DNA of 54,022 bases, the filler included, from Squatina squatina (Eukaryota), in the NCBI GenBank assembly GCA_031763465.1. It is 3 parts of one record of this genome, joined end to end, with 100 filler letters (N's around TTAATTAATTAA, not from the genome) between each part and the next. Parts side by side here need not be neighbours in the genome. Positions count along the whole stretch, not along the records: positions 18,170 to 38,757 come from JARFOE010000115.1; 2 more parts are not named here. One strand, written 5' to 3'. The notes under the pieces are model-generated. The model did not search any database and was not told the DNA's origin. It was given only the letters and a program-made list of their open reading frames with translations. The position numbers and the translations under genes were made by a program. Below, in pieces: positions 25,321 through 38,857 of this stretch; the first letter of the stretch is position 1; each line of letters begins with the position of its first letter.

Positions 25321-25834
25321 ATAGTGCTGACATTCACTATGATTGCAATTTGTCTACAGTTAGACAAATTGTCCTGCTTTGTGAAAATTGATGTGAAGAA
25401 TCCATTCATCTTGTGTACCATAATCTAATATGGGATGAAAGTATTTTCTTTTTGATGGCCATGATGGGTGTCCTACATTTTATGTATTTTAGCAGCTTCA
25501 GCTTTGTGAGTGCGGGTCTAGAGTACAAAACTGCTTGTAATTTACCACAAAATTGGCAATCTCACCCAAACCATGGAATGACTGGTGTGGGAGATGGAAA
25601 AGAAGTGACATTCTGGAATTGGTGTTAATGCATGATATTGTTTCCACGGGTCACGCGATGTCTGACCTCATGATGTTGACACTGGGTGACAGAGTGGAAA
25701 AAGCTTTTCTGTTTCCTAATAGTGATAACCCAAGACTGAACACAAAAATTGAACAATTCAATTACAAAATTGCCTAATGATTTAGTTCAGTTGTCAGGAA
25801 ATGTGGGTATTTATTCTGTACCTATTATTGACAG

Positions 25835-25953
25835 AGGTGGATGCTACCTGCAGCGATTTCAACTTTGGAACATCTCTGCACATTGCAGCATCAAACCTCT
25901 GCTTGTCAGCTGTGAAATGTTTATTGGAACATGGAGCCAATCCTGTCTTTAAG
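25835..25953 (+). CDS. CLIP4: CLIP4 ankyrin-repeat exon
   Basis: ttgacag/gtaaga boundaries; (E)VDATCSDFNFGTSLHIAASNLCLSAVKCLLEHGANPVFK. Confidence 0.93.
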
Positions 25954-27062
25954 GTAAGAAACTATAGTATTTTTAAATGAACAGATACAGTTTTTAGAAA
26001 TAGCAATAATGCCCAAATTAGTTGTAATAAAAGTGAAAAACTTAAATGCAAATATTTAGATGTAAAAATAAATTATTCTGCATACTCAGATTAACATTTT
26101 GTGAATTAAAAAAAAAAGGAACTGGGATGCCTATGGTAACATAATTCACTGTCATGCAGTATATTATCCTCATACCTCAAGCACGGTGCTTAGGAAAAGC
26201 ACCAGAGAAGAGCTGATACTAGTAAANNNNNNNNNNTGCCTGCAGGAGAGAAGGGAGAACATTGTGGGCAGGGAAGTGAGGGAAACATCCTTTAATATCA
26301 TGCAAGTGTCTTCAGTGGGGCAGCTATATCAAATTATGGTAACTGGGAAGGCCATTTCTTATCTTTCTGGCAGATAATTTATATGTTAGGTTAGGTGTCC
26401 CTCTATTAACATTGTTCTGTTAGTGTTCTTTCTCCAGATATTAAATGCAAGATTACTGTGGATGGAAAGTTAAAATATTTAAGAGGNNNNNNNNNNNNNN
26501 NNNNNNNNNNNNNNNNNNNNNNNNNNNNNNNNNNNNNNNNNNNNNNNNNNNNNNNNNNNNNNNNNNNNNNNNNNNNNNNNNNNNNNTGTATTTAGGCTTT
26601 AGAGCTGTCTGGTGAAAGCTGTGGCATATGAGCAATGCTACAACTGGCAACAGAGTAGGCAGAATATTTCACGTGATGAGTGCTCATGACATACAATCTT
26701 GAAATTCTCATTCGACCTCAGGAACAGCTCTGTAAACACAGCCAAGACAATGAGAATGAGGTGTCCTTTTGGAGCTGCTTGAGCAACCTTATCAAACAAT
26801 TTTTTACTTTCAGGTACTCATAATCAGTATAGTGGGTCTGATTCAATTCGTCACAAAATCTTGTGCTTACAACGCCACCTGCAGATGGAATGCCATTAGA
26901 ATTTTGGCACCACACACCAGTTTTATATTTGAAAAAAGCAACTGAGCTGTGGAATATACTTGTGATTTTAACAGCTGTAAGCAAAATTCAGTATTTGAAA
27001 GGAAAATGTCTGTACAATTTTACTAGTTACAGTTATTAATAACCCCTTTCTTTTCCTGGCAG

Positions 27063-27162
27063 AATGATAAAGGGCAGATGCCAGCCGATATTGTCCCTGA
27101 CCCCTTGGATATGCCCCTGGAGATGGCGGAGGCAGCAGCAGTTGCCAAAGAGCTGAAGCAGA
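27063..27162 (+). CDS. CLIP4: CLIP4 exon, 3' part lost in gap
   Basis: tttcttttcctggcag acceptor; NDKGQMPADIVPDPLDMPLEMAEAAAVAKELKQ, in phase with the preceding exon. Confidence 0.92.
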
Positions 27163-27289
27163 NNNNNNNNNNNNNNNNNNNNNNNNNNNNNNNNNNNNNN
27201 NNNNNNNNNNNNNNNNNNNNNNNNNNNNNNNNNNNNNNNNNNNNNNNNNNNNNNNNNNNNNNGAGCAAGGTTTTGATCCAATGGCAAGG

Positions 27290-27815
27290 AGGTCCAAGAC
27301 GACTGGAGACCAGGCTCTGCTGCATTGACTAACACATACACGCACACATACTCTCCTTAACCTCCTCCGATCCTCCAAGTCGGGAAGAATGCAAACCTCT
27401 GGAAAGGCGTGATTGACAGGGAAGGAGTAGGGAAAGCAAACTCCAATGGAGTCCTCCTCCTGACGAAATGCTTGAAACATGGCCTTGTCATAACCAACAC
27501 CCTATTCCATCAGAGAGACGAGTGCAAGACCCTCGCATTGGCACCTACTAGATTACGTCATCGTTCGAGTGAGGGATCATGACAGGAGCCAATGACTGCT
27601 GGACTGACCATCACCTAATCCACTCTATTATCTCTAACAACCTGGCCCAAAAACGACAGTGGCAACAGAAACACTGCTGCAGGAAAATCAACGCTGAAGG
27701 ACTCAAAGATCCTGCGAAGAAAGCCCTACTCAGCCAATGCCTCACAACCAACCTGGCTGCACTCAACGAATTGGAGCCACAGAATATCCACAGTGCATGG
27801 TCTGCCTTCAAGTCT
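27290..27815 (+). mobile_element. RTE LINE endonuclease C-terminal fragment, degraded
   Basis: KGVIDREGVGKANSNGVLLLTKCLKHGLVITNTLFHQR, WHLLDYVIVR and DCWTDHHLI motifs. Confidence 0.85.
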
Positions 27816-28169
27816 ATGATTAGTTTGGGAAATCTAGTTTCCCAATTGAGAAAAGCCCATTGCAATATTCTCAAATCTAGCTCAATTGCTGCAATAAGGA
27901 TGGCAGTACTAAGGATATTTGGACATAGTGTTAATATTGAGCATTCTCATGTCAAATAGACCTTGGTACAGCTGCATAGAAGAGCTAAGCTGAGTAATTT
28001 GCTTAAACCCCAGCTAAGAACTATTGCACCACAGCAATCTTTCCCACACTCCCTTTGCTTATTGTCCCTTTTAGTGAGATGACTGAATTGAGAACAAATG
28101 TGGCAGATAGAAGAGCAATTTTCTTTCTGTAGACTCGTAACACTCATAACCTTACATACTTTTTCTTTC

Positions 28170-28537
28170 TTGCCAATTTTCTCCCCTTCCCTTCCCCTCC
28201 CATAGCTGATGACTCTTTGCAGGACAATTCCACAGGTGCCACTCAATCTCCAATAACTTGCTGGCCATTATCCACAGGCAAACTTTGACAGCAGTATTTG
28301 ACTGGGGAAAGGAAAGCCTGGCCCTGTTTTCACCCAACCTCCATACTTGCATTTCTATCAGGGGTATCTACATAGTGATTAGAAGTGGGAAAAATGGTTG
28401 ATTACCTCCCTTACTCCAGAGATACTGAGGTCAATTGTACCTTGATGAGAACAGCTTACTTAGCATGGATAAGATCAAACCTGGAACTTTTCTGGCCCAT
28501 GTGCCTCAGCTACCCTGTAAAACCTGCTGAACCATCA
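28170..28537 (-). mobile_element. Ancient SINE, AmnSINE2-like
   Basis: Reverse complement shows ccaggtttgatc...tgctaagtaagctg...tacaattgacctcag...agggagg blocks shared with 40905-41275. Confidence 0.55.
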
Positions 28538-29586
28538 AAAGTGCTTCTTCACCTTCGGTTCTTTGTCACACATTCATGCAAAGTTTTGAACAGCAATAAA
28601 AATTCTAGATTTAATCTGTACACTTAAAATCTTAGTATAATTTGATTTGTTTTTCTTTTATACAGTGCTCCTTTCAATTACCATCAGTTCTGCTACATTT
28701 TAGCAAGACAATGAAGTTCTCTCTGAGTGAGATGAGACCAAAGGAGCCACCAGCAGCTGCAGGCTGCATTGGGGGTGAGGGTTGCAGGAAAATGTATCCA
28801 TTGGGTCTTTCTTATCCCCTCTCCACTTGTGCNNNNNNNNNNNNNNNNNNNNNNNNNNNNNNNNNNNNNNNNNNNNNNNNNNNNNNNNNNNNNNNNNNNN
28901 NNNNNNNNNNNNNNNNNNNNNNNNNNNNNNNNATCACACTAATTGAAGGCATCTGTTAGCAATTCTCTTACATGAAAAATTTATTCAAACTCAAGTCCAA
29001 GAGAAGAGCAGCAATACAAAAGTAGTTTTTAAAATGATTTTTACTCTAAGGTGTTGAATGTTCGATATTTCTCTGAGAAAGTAGTAATAGTAAAGGAGCA
29101 AAATTCTGTTATTGGCACTCAAACATGTTATTTTAGATTGGTGAACAAATTGACAGTGACAAGTTTGCTGTAATAAAGCAACATAAAACATGAGAGTGAA
29201 GAAAACATGATGTCTGTAATAAATAATTGGTGGTTGTTACACCACAGGGACAATTAAGTAAATTGCTATGAGCATAAACAGTTCTTGGACAACTTTCTGA
29301 CCTTCAAATGTTGCATGTATTTACATGCATTATGAAAGGAAATATTAGCATGAATAAAAGCAAATTTCTACCTGCTCAATCCATTTGAGTACTTGAATAT
29401 CCTTTGCATGCTTCACTTTCTTCTATTGTATAACCATTTTCTGTAATTTTTTGTTTCTGAATATTATCAAGTAAATTGAGAAGTATTTGAAAAATTTGCA
29501 ATATTCTCCATTTGCTGATGCCATATATGATAAATCTTAAACTCATTTTATAACAAAAGTATTTATCCTGTGAATTTATTTGGACT

Positions 29587-30318
29587 GGGGTCGAAATTCA
29601 CCTTTTTTTTGCCCCTTTAGCGCCTCAGAGGGGCACAATCGGGGCGGAAGAGTGAAATTTGGCGGGGCCTGGGAGGTCCTGGAGGCACCTCGGCTGGGGA
29701 ATTTCGCACTGGGTCGGTGTGCCACGCCATTAAAGGGCGCACCGACCTCTTACCACCCAGCCACGACCTCTCGTCGCCCCCAGTGCATCGGTGGGGAAAT
29801 TCCCCCACAGGNNNNNNNNNNNNNNNNNNNNNNNNNNNNNNNNNNNNNNNNNNNNNNNNNNNNNNNNNNNNNNNNNNNNNNNNNNNNNNNNNNNNNNNNN
29901 NNNNNNNNNNNGGGAACCCCTAGGGGGTGAAATTCAGCAGGGTGCGAAATTGGGTTAACGTCTACTTAAGGTGTTATCGGGTGCTAAACATTCTTTAGGC
30001 ATTAAATCGCTGTTGTGTGATTGCCTTCAATCTGTTTTGAAACCCTTAAGACAGCAGCGATGTTCTGCACTCGGCACTTCTTTCTTCTTTCGGAAGTGAT
30101 CTCAGTCAATCGCTGTGAGGCCCATGCAATGTCAAGGTAGTGTAGCGTCTCTAGGGCCAGCGGGGCCTCTCAGCGATTCGCGCCTAAAGTCCTGACTTAG
30201 CGCCTCCCGGGGAAAAATGGCGAATTTTGCAACGTCATAGCGCCTCCAAACGGAGGTGCTAATCACCTAAAAACTTTAAGCATTAGGCTTCCATGGAGGC
30301 GCCAGAGAATTTCATCCC
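29587..30318. mobile_element. Harbinger-type MITE(s), gap-interrupted
   Basis: ggggtcgaaattc (29587) and ggggtgaaattc (~29924) left ends; gaatttcatccc right end; CpG-rich interior. Confidence 0.65.
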
Positions 30319-31699
30319 AAGGTTTCTGAGAGCAAAAGAAACACTGCAAATACTGGAAAATTTTGAAATAAACACTGAAACTGTTGAAAATACACAAAAT
30401 GTCAGTCAGCATCTGATCAGGAAGGTCACCTTCAAAATGATAACCTTTCTTCCTATTTGAGATACTGATTAACCTACTGTTTGTTTGCAGAATTTGTTGT
30501 TTATTTCAACTATATTTTGAGATTTCCTGAATTTTTTAGAATATCTATAAAGGTAAATTTTTCAAGGCTGTCTTCCTGGCACAGCATATCAGTTGATGGC
30601 AGCATGGATTGCAGACTTGAGTGTGGAGGCAGGCACCATTTTCTGGTGTTTATTATGGGAAATTGGGGGCATAGCATATGCCTTTATGTCCAATTCTACA
30701 ATCTATGCTCTTGTTAGGCAAAGCTCTATGTGGAGCATAGCCGTACAAAATTTACCTTGTAGTGTCATCATGGCAGTATGTTCAAGTATACGCTGAAGTT
30801 AAATAAATGTGCCATACAACTTGGATTTAAACATTTGACATTTTAATCCATTTAAAAATATACCTGCCTATTTTTCATCCTTTAATTTGATCATCAAATA
30901 ATTTTTCCATCAAAAGGTCTACCTCCTTCCAAAAAGTATGTTCCAAAACACCCCATACCAGCTCAGGACATTTCCAAACCTCAGACTGGAACAGAAGGTA
31001 TACAGTGTGATGTGCAATTGGAACTAGATTTGAATCCTAATGTAAAAATAACCTGCTGTTTTTAAAAAAAAACATTAATCTTTGCATGCTTCGTGCTATC
31101 TCTGAAATTGTTGTCTTTTTGCCAAGATTGTGTGATAACAATAGCATGGTTTTTGTTTGTTTGGTTCATTGTATTTGGCAAAATCAGTTTTCCAATATTA
31201 AGAGAAGGTGATGAATCAAAATTGCTTAATATATGTAACTGCTGGCTTCCTAGATTACTTGTACTTCCCAATGTCCTACCAATGTTATCACTGAGCCTAT
31301 TTAGTATTATTATAAGAAAAGTTTCATATGCTTTATTGTTGTGCAATAATCTTACATTTTTATTTAACACATTCTACACACAGTTGGAGTTGAACTGGCT
31401 GGTCACTTTTTCTTGTGAAGCTCTTTCATTCACTTTCATTTCTGCAGTGCAATGAAAAATGGACTTTTACTTTGACAACTCTGCCAGGGGTGTTTGGAAA
31501 TGGCTTAGCAAAACTCATCTTATTGTATTATTTTCCAGAAGGGAGGAGAATGTCATTTGGCTCTGGGCCTTTCCCATTTATCGGCCTTTAATTTCATTGG
31601 GGTTGGATGTGCCGCTGGAGGAGGTTGACGTGGAAGTTCCACCCACCACCCTGACCACACAATGATTCTGACCCTCTTTTCTGGGTAGGGGTTCTTTAC

Positions 31700-31855
31700 A
31701 TAGGAACATAGGAAGTATGCTATTCAGCCTCTAGAGTGCGTTCCACCAATTTAATTAGATCATGGATGATCTGTACATGCCTTTGTTCCATACCTCTTGG
31801 TGTCCTTGCCCTACAAAAATCTATCTATCTCCGTCCTGAAAATTTCAACTGACCC
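31700..31855 (-). mobile_element. CR1 3' UTR fragment
   Basis: acataggaacatagga...attcagcc...tagatcatgg...aaaaatctatctatctc pattern. Confidence 0.7.
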
Positions 31856-34800
31856 NNNNNNNNNNNNNNNNNNNNNNNNNNNNNNNNNNNNNNNNNNNNN
31901 NNNNNNNNNNNNNNNNNNNNNNNNNNNNNNNNNNNNNNNNNNNNNNNNNNNNNNNAAGGGCGAATTGGGCGCCCCCAGTGTTTAAAACAAAAATAATAAT
32001 AAAGGTACAACCGTTCATGAAAGTTTACGTGCCAGCAGAAAAAAATTTAGAAGAAGGGACAGACTTGGGCTAAAATAACTCACCTGAGGCACTGTGAGCC
32101 TTTTAAATTACCTACTGTCTGAAACTCCATTCCAAACCTTCCTTCCCAATAGGTTGTCTAGGTGTGCATTGGACTTGGAATCCAGCATGCTCGCCAGCTG
32201 GGAAATGGTGCTGGGGCCTTCTACGTCCTCTTTTGAATATAGTAATGAAGCTCCATCCAGCTTCAGACAGGAGCTTTCAACACCCATGCCAAAGCCTATC
32301 AGAGGCTCTGACAGGTTCAAGGACCAGTGGAAATCGGGCATTATTAACTTCTACCAAATATTACAGTCCATTACACTTCTCCACTGCATCTGAAAACTGG
32401 GTATAATGGATACTTAAAATGGGGCCATTGTGTTGTAAATCTTATTTCCTGCCTTTCCCAAATACAGTGGTGTCATAAAACAAATTGCACCACGGTATCT
32501 CAATGTGAAAGAAGTGAGCCATGACCGTTCATTCATCCCCAGTGACCGACAAAACCTCTGTAAAACCTATTCTGATACTAATAAAGAATATGAAGATTAT
32601 AAGCTTTGTAATTGTTACCTTGTTCTTAGTACCTTCATTTGTACCAGTCTGGTGACTCACCAGTTAATATGCAGTTTGTATTGTGAAAGTTTATCTCAGC
32701 TGTTCAGGTCATCACACACACAAGCACTAAGCTAATTTATTGTTGATCAGTCCACCAGAGAGCTCTCATTAAGCTCTTTATTGATGCATCAGTCTGACAT
32801 TATGACGTACAGTGACTCCTTGTTCCCCACTCATAAGCCTATAAAACTGTGAAAATATATGGAATAATTAACAGAGTAGATTACAATTACTGGATTAATA
32901 TCAGTAAATTGNNNNNNNNNNNNNNNNNNNNNNNNNNNNNNNNNNNNNNNNNNNNNNNNNNNNNNNNNNNNNNNNNNNNNNNNNNNNNNNNNNNNNNNNN
33001 NNNNNNNNNNNAAAGAACAAAAGGGAAGGTATGTGATAGGGTGGTAGGCAGGCGTGATTAAGTGTCAAAAGGTATGATTATACAAACTATCTCCTTTTGA
33101 TTTGTACAATCATACTTTTTATTTCAGATTTCCAGCATCTGCGGTTTTGTACTATCTGTATGTTAACTGAGGAAACTTTAAGCACTGCCTAAATAGAACT
33201 TTAAGTATCCTGCTGTCCCAGGCTCCGTCTGATGGTTCTGCAGAAGGAAGGGCAGAATGGGAGGAAGGAAGTTTAAATATCCAAGATGATTGCAACCTAG
33301 TTCATCTTAAACAACATTGTCCTACAATGGTCCATTGTCATGGTATAGGTGGAGAAGCAGAGAACCTGTTTCAGCCAGTAGCAGAAGGGGTCCCTAGTCA
33401 TCAGCCACCGTACATGACTCTGTGAGCAATCAGCTTTGTTTTGGATGCATGTTTGCTGTTTATTCCATGCCACATTTCATAGCCACCCAATCCTGTGGTG
33501 AAGTGACTTTAAGATGCATTCTAAGACAAAATTAGGACGTGCGCTTACTTTGGTAAAAACAGAAATTTCTTCCTCACCGGATCTGGTTACATGTGAGACA
33601 ACATTCACTCTTTCTGTTCCCTTCATCCAGGCTGCTCGCACTGCTCTTCAGAGGGAGTCCCTCTCTGCTTCAAAAATTCCCTTTCTCTCCAGCACCTCCT
33701 CAGCTGACTCTCCAGAACTGCACCCTGGAAGGGTACCTTTCAGCATTGGGGTTTTACTGCAGCTATTTCAACCCTCTTACAGCTTAAAGCAATCAGCAGT
33801 GCTTTAAGAGGTACTGGCACCAGATTGTCTGATCAATATTGTAAAATGTGACCCAAAGAAAATCTGTGAGATCTTTGTGACTTGCTGTAACGCCAAAACT
33901 GAACAGTAGAGAGTAGTGCACATCTACGGATGGGTGAGGTGAAACTGAGTGAAATGCAATATAACAAAGAGGGCCTAAAACTATCATCACCAGAGGCGAT
34001 GGCTTGAAAAATGTCAAGGATTTCAGAGATCATCTAAGAGAGTACTTTTTGGCTCAAAGGATGACAGACGCACAACGTTATGATAAATTACCTATTTTTT
34101 GATTACCCTTAAGACATGTTTTTGGATATCACTTGCTTTATATCATTCAAGTTTATAATTATATTGCTGTATAGGAAAACACAGCCAAAACACGGTCAAA
34201 TAACCTGTATGAAAGAAAGTTATTGCTGTATTATAAGCCTATCAGGACGATTGAAGGCAAACTAAATGGACCTTGGTCTTGTTTTCTCTCGCAATTCCTG
34301 CGTTCCTTATAGCTTGGCTGACTATAGTTTAAAGAACGATGATGTTTTAGTTGACCTGTGCAATTTTGAATTCAAGGTGATCAACATCGAAGACAGGCTG
34401 GCAGCTATTGAAGTCTCCATTCTCAAACAATTATCCAGATGCATTATGTTTGACTGATTGATCTCCTGCATGCATTGACTCAGTCAAAACAAAACCTTGG
34501 GTAGCCACCCATGCCTGCAGTGATTGACACTAACTACTTTGCTTAAGAAAGTGTCAAATATTTTGTCTGCATTGGACAAGGACTGATAAAAGAAGAATCT
34601 GTGCACTTAGATGAATAAATGACTCACCACATGCTGTGAAAATCTATAAGCTTAAGTGGGACATGCTTCGAACCAGAATGGCAAAAAAATTGTGATTCTA
34701 AAAATTGTGCACTTGACTGTATCTGCATTTAACCAATGAGCAATTCAGTGGTCTTCATTGCAAAATACCAGCTATCTTTTTGGTTAACGGTGATATTTCT

Positions 34801-35194
34801 ATGTATTCTTTGATTCCTTCCCATACTTCCCAGTGAGGGGGAAAATTCACAGCATTTCTTATCAACATTCATTTCACAGGGTGATTTTTGTAAGGGCAGC
34901 CTATTTTCTATTTGTACGTTTTGAGACTAGGCTAAATTGACAATGATTGATTACGCTGTTAGAGTACATTAGGTAACATTTAACACTGGACTGCATAGCC
35001 AAATAATAGTAGAATCTTGATAAAAATGCCTTTAGTTTCTCTGAGGTAAATTAGACTTAATGGAGATGGCTATGCTGAAAAGTTCAGTTTAAATTAAACT
35101 TGATTTTTTTTTCTTTAATTTGTTCAGTAATACTTTATCGACACTCTGATCTTGATCTTGTGGTATCTTTCCTTTGTTTACATTTATATTGAGA

Positions 35195-35340
35195 AACAAA
35201 ACAACTTGAATTTATAAAGCGCTACTCTCGTAAAATAACATCTCAAAGCATTTAATCAGAAGAACGATGTCAGAGTAAAGACAGGAAATTAAGAGGGGGA
35301 CCAAAAGCACAGTGGAAGAGATAGATTTTTATATGGGTTT
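35195..35340 (-). mobile_element. L2-type 3' fragment
   Basis: aacaacttgaatttataaagcgc...catctcaaagc tail, then ggggaccaaaagc. Confidence 0.55.
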
Positions 35341-36599
35341 TGGCAGAAAGCACACGCTCGAATGATGGGTGTTTAGGNNNNNNNNNNNNNNNNNNNNNNN
35401 NNNNNNNNNNNNNNNNNNNNNNNNNNNNNNNNNNNNNNNNNNNNNNNNNNNNNNNNNNNNNNNNNNNNNNNNNNNNNCACCAGCTGTTAGCAAAAGTAAT
35501 GAATATTTTTAATCGTAATTTAATTGGGGTTGTTTATGAAACATATAAATGTGAACTAGGCTGTCAGAGCAGTCCCCCCGCCCCCCACTGCCTTCACTGC
35601 CAGTAAAGTTTAGAACTGCCGTCAGCAGCAGCTCTACAAAGTGGCTATTAAATTGTCATCTCAACCTGCACTATTTTAACAGTGTTCAAGATACTTTAAT
35701 ATGTATAATTAAAAAGTACGGCAGTTAATAGTGCCTTAGTGCCCTGACGTTTTACTTTTTTTGGTGTGCCTCTGAAACAAAAAAAGACTTGAAGCAACAT
35801 GAAGCTGGTTATAGGGGATATTAAATAATATATTTTAATGAAGCTGTTTTATGCAAACCTGTTATGAGTTTACGCTGGTGGAAAGAAAGACAGTGGAGAA
35901 ATGGACTTTATAAATGCAGACCTTATTTTCAAACTAGAACCTAGTTCGATTAACCAAAAAATACAGTTTTTAGTTAAAAAGTTTTGAAGATGGAATGTTA
36001 ATGTTAATCAGATTTTGTAAATAAATATTCTGTTTCACAATACAGTTTATGCTCTGCAGTAGTAAAATACAGATTTGAGCTTACAAGCCTCTCCACAGTG
36101 TTTACCTGATCCTAATCATGCCCCTAACAGAGGGGCCAGGTGGAGTCCAAGCATTTTCCCATGAAGAGCAAGAGTCACCCCGCTAGTTTTCAGAGTTGTT
36201 AGGTATATTGCAGCATTTATACTGGTCTAGAAGCGAATCTCCAGCCCATCCTGTCAGCCAGGCATGGGGAAACTATTGGAGAAAAAAGAGAAAGAATATC
36301 AAAGAAAAAATCCTTTTTAATTAATTCATTTCAGTTAAGTTGCAAAATTTGTTGCACAGTTCTTACAATACCTCCTGGGAGTAAGTTTTTTGAAATTGAA
36401 TAATATTACATTGAGTGCAATCACTGTGCAGTATTGAGCAATTAACACCCAAATATTAGAAACAGCTTTGCAAGTGTTTTTTTATTTTCCAATAGATTTA
36501 ATTGATCAAATAGATCCAGTATCATCAGAGGCAGGAGCTTCCATCAATCTTCAGACTTTAGAATGCCTTATGTTATAAAGTCATAGTATGATTTCATAG

Positions 36600-36729
36600 A
36601 AATAAAAAAAGCCACAAATGCTGGAAATCTGAGAGAAAAACAGAAAATGCTAGAAATGCACAGCGGTTCCATCAGCAACTGAAAAAGAAAGGTAGGCTAA
36701 TGTTTTGGGTCTGGACCTTTCATCACAAC
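36600..36729. repeat. Short interspersed repeat (aaatgctggaaat...cagca family, probably Penelope-like terminus)
   Basis: Same aaatgctggaaat/ctcagc/cagcatctg motif at ~24990-25030, 30340-30430, 33120-33150 and 38145-38240. Confidence 0.6.
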
Positions 36730-36747
36730 ACTATTTCTTGTTTCCAG

Positions 36748-37066
36748 GCCAAAAAATGCAATCATGAGACGAAGCTGGAACAACACGAGTACCATTGAGA
36801 GAAACGTGAAGTTACAGGAAGGGTCACAGGTCCTGCTGAGCAGCTCCAGTGAGATGGCAACCATTAAATACATTGGACCTACTGATTTTGCTCCTGGAGT
36901 ATGGCTTGGACTAGAATTGCGCTCACCAAAAGGAAAAAATGACGGTTGTGTGGGAAAGAAACGTTATTTTACTTGTAAACCAAATTACGGGGTTTTGGTG
37001 CGACCAAGCCGGGTCACGTACCGAGGGATTAATGGCACCAAACTAGTGGATGATATTTATGGGTAA
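36748..37066 (+). CDS. CLIP4: CLIP4 last coding exon (third CAP-Gly domain)
   Basis: tttcttgtttccag acceptor; PKNAIMRRSW...KLQEGSQVLLSSSSEMATIKYIGPTDFAPGVWLGLELRSPKGKNDGCVGKKRYFTCKPNYGVLVRPSRVTYRGINGTKLVDDIYG*; GKNDG motif and CLIP4-specific tail. Confidence 0.96.
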
Positions 37067-37943
37067 AGGATTTGTTTGTGGCAAGTTTAGGGAGAATGTA
37101 GGCATACTGAACTTAACATAAGCACTTAAGCCTGGAGTTTCCTCCATATTTGCGCCCAGATACACCCATAATCTGGGTGGAAACAAATTACATGACTTAA
37201 AAGATTGTGTAATTTTGAGCATGAATTACACATGTAACTACAATATGCCCAAGTCACCTTGATCTTTTACATTTTTCCATCAAACCAGATTTTTAGGCAC
37301 AGTAAGAAAGAAAGTCATTTTTTTGGGCTTTTAATTGCAATTTTTTGAGTGTTTTTTTAACATTTATCCTCACCGAGACCTGCTCTGCGTCTTCTGTTCC
37401 TTTTAATGCATGTGTTGNNNNNNNNNNNNNNNNNNNNNNNNNNNNNNNNNNNNNNNNNNNNNNNNNNNNNNNNNNNNNNNNNNNNNNNNNNNNNNNNNNN
37501 NNNNNNNNNNNNNNNNNACACTGTAAAGTTTTCAATTCATTGTTTCACACCCAGCTCGCCAGTCCCCTCTGCACACCTGGCCCTGTCCCTCACATGTCAC
37601 CTTCGCAACCTCTCCCAGTCGTTTCCCCCTACATGCCACCTTTCCCCACACGCTCAATCCTATCTCTCATGTAACACCACCCGGCCCCCACTAGACCCAC
37701 CTGCCGCCCTTGGCTGTGGCCTTGTGCTGCAGGCTTCCCGCCCAACAGGACTTTAGCCTGTCAATCAGGCTGCCTGTGGGCGGCAAGCCAACAGGAAAAA
37801 ATTTTAAGGAACCCTGCAGTTAAAATCTACAGGACCTTCAGGAAACCCATTCTTCCGGGATTCCCTTCCTCAAAACAGCACCTATGCATGGAATGCGCTT
37901 TGGGCTAAAATCCAGGCCGATATAACGGCACTGNNNNNNNNNN

Positions 37944-38130
37944 TTGTAAAAAAAATCTACAAGGATTATACCAGAACTGAGAGGATATACTGAGAAGAGC
38001 TGGGGCTCTTCAGAAAAGAGAAGGCTGAGGGGTGACCTGACAGAGGTCTTCAAAATTATGAAAGGGTTTGATAGGTTAGATGTAGAGAAGACGTTTGCAC
38101 TTGTGGGGGAGTCCAAAACTAGGGGCCAAA
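37944..38130 (+). mobile_element. CR1 ORF2 3' fragment
   Basis: RRLRGDLTEVFKIMKGFDRLDVEKTFALVGESKTRG. Confidence 0.85.
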
Positions 38131-38134
38131 ATAG

Positions 38135-38260
38135 AAACAACGGCCGGAAATGCTGGAAATACTCAGCAGGTCAGGAAGCATCTGTTGACATTGAAACAGA
38201 GTTAACATTTCAGGTCAATGACCTTTTGTCAGAACTGGCCATAGATAGAAGATAACCAAT
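38135..38260. repeat. Short interspersed repeat (probably Penelope-like terminus)
   Basis: aaatgctggaaatactcagcaggtcagg..gcatctgt...gaaacagagttaacatttcaggtc. Confidence 0.6.
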
Positions 38261-38334
38261 AATAGATCACCTAGACTTTTTTATGATGGTAGATTGAAGG
38301 AATTTAAAAGGTCATTTTGAAGATTGAAGCTTAA

Positions 38335-38757
38335 ACCTTTTGGTCGCCAAATTGGGAGGCTTACCGCCAGCCGTCAGGCTGGTTTTGCTGAAAAAATGTC
38401 AGCCACACCGCTTCCGGAGCCAAACGCTGTCGCCGCCATTTGGAGGAGATTGATAGTGCTGCCGTTTGCCGCCCACATGTAAATTATGCAGATCATGACA
38501 TCAATGGGCGTGCAACACCTGAATTGATGTACAACTGTGATTTGAATGTCGCCACTTGATACCACCTTCTCCAAACCATGCACGGAAGAATATGCATGCA
38601 GCAGTACTACAGAGATGCTGTCAGCGCTTCTTAAATGGACGCACACATCTTTCAGGTAAGTTTACATTTTAGCTTTTGGACTGTTTTCAAAAGATTTATT
38701 TGAGTTGTGGCTTAATACAATACATTTTAAACGTTTTTAAAAGTATGGAAGGAGTGC
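38335..38757. mobile_element. GC-rich non-autonomous DNA element fragment
   Basis: CpG-rich block with gccgccattt and ttcag-gtaagt, similar in character to 9446-10263. Confidence 0.4.
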
Positions 38758-38857
38758 NNNNNNNNNNNNNNNNNNNNNNNNNNNNNNNNNNNNNNNNNNN
38801 NTTAATTAATTAANNNNNNNNNNNNNNNNNNNNNNNNNNNNNNNNNNNNNNNNNNNN
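38758..38857. other. Artificial scaffold-concatenation linker (N44 TTAATTAATTAA N44)
   Basis: Identical structure to 18070-18169. Confidence 0.95.

Noticed and set aside
33514-33807. Possible PCARE or CLIP4 middle exon
   Set aside because: No frame resembles PCARE or the CLIP4 CAP-Gly 1/2 region; those exons are probably in gaps.
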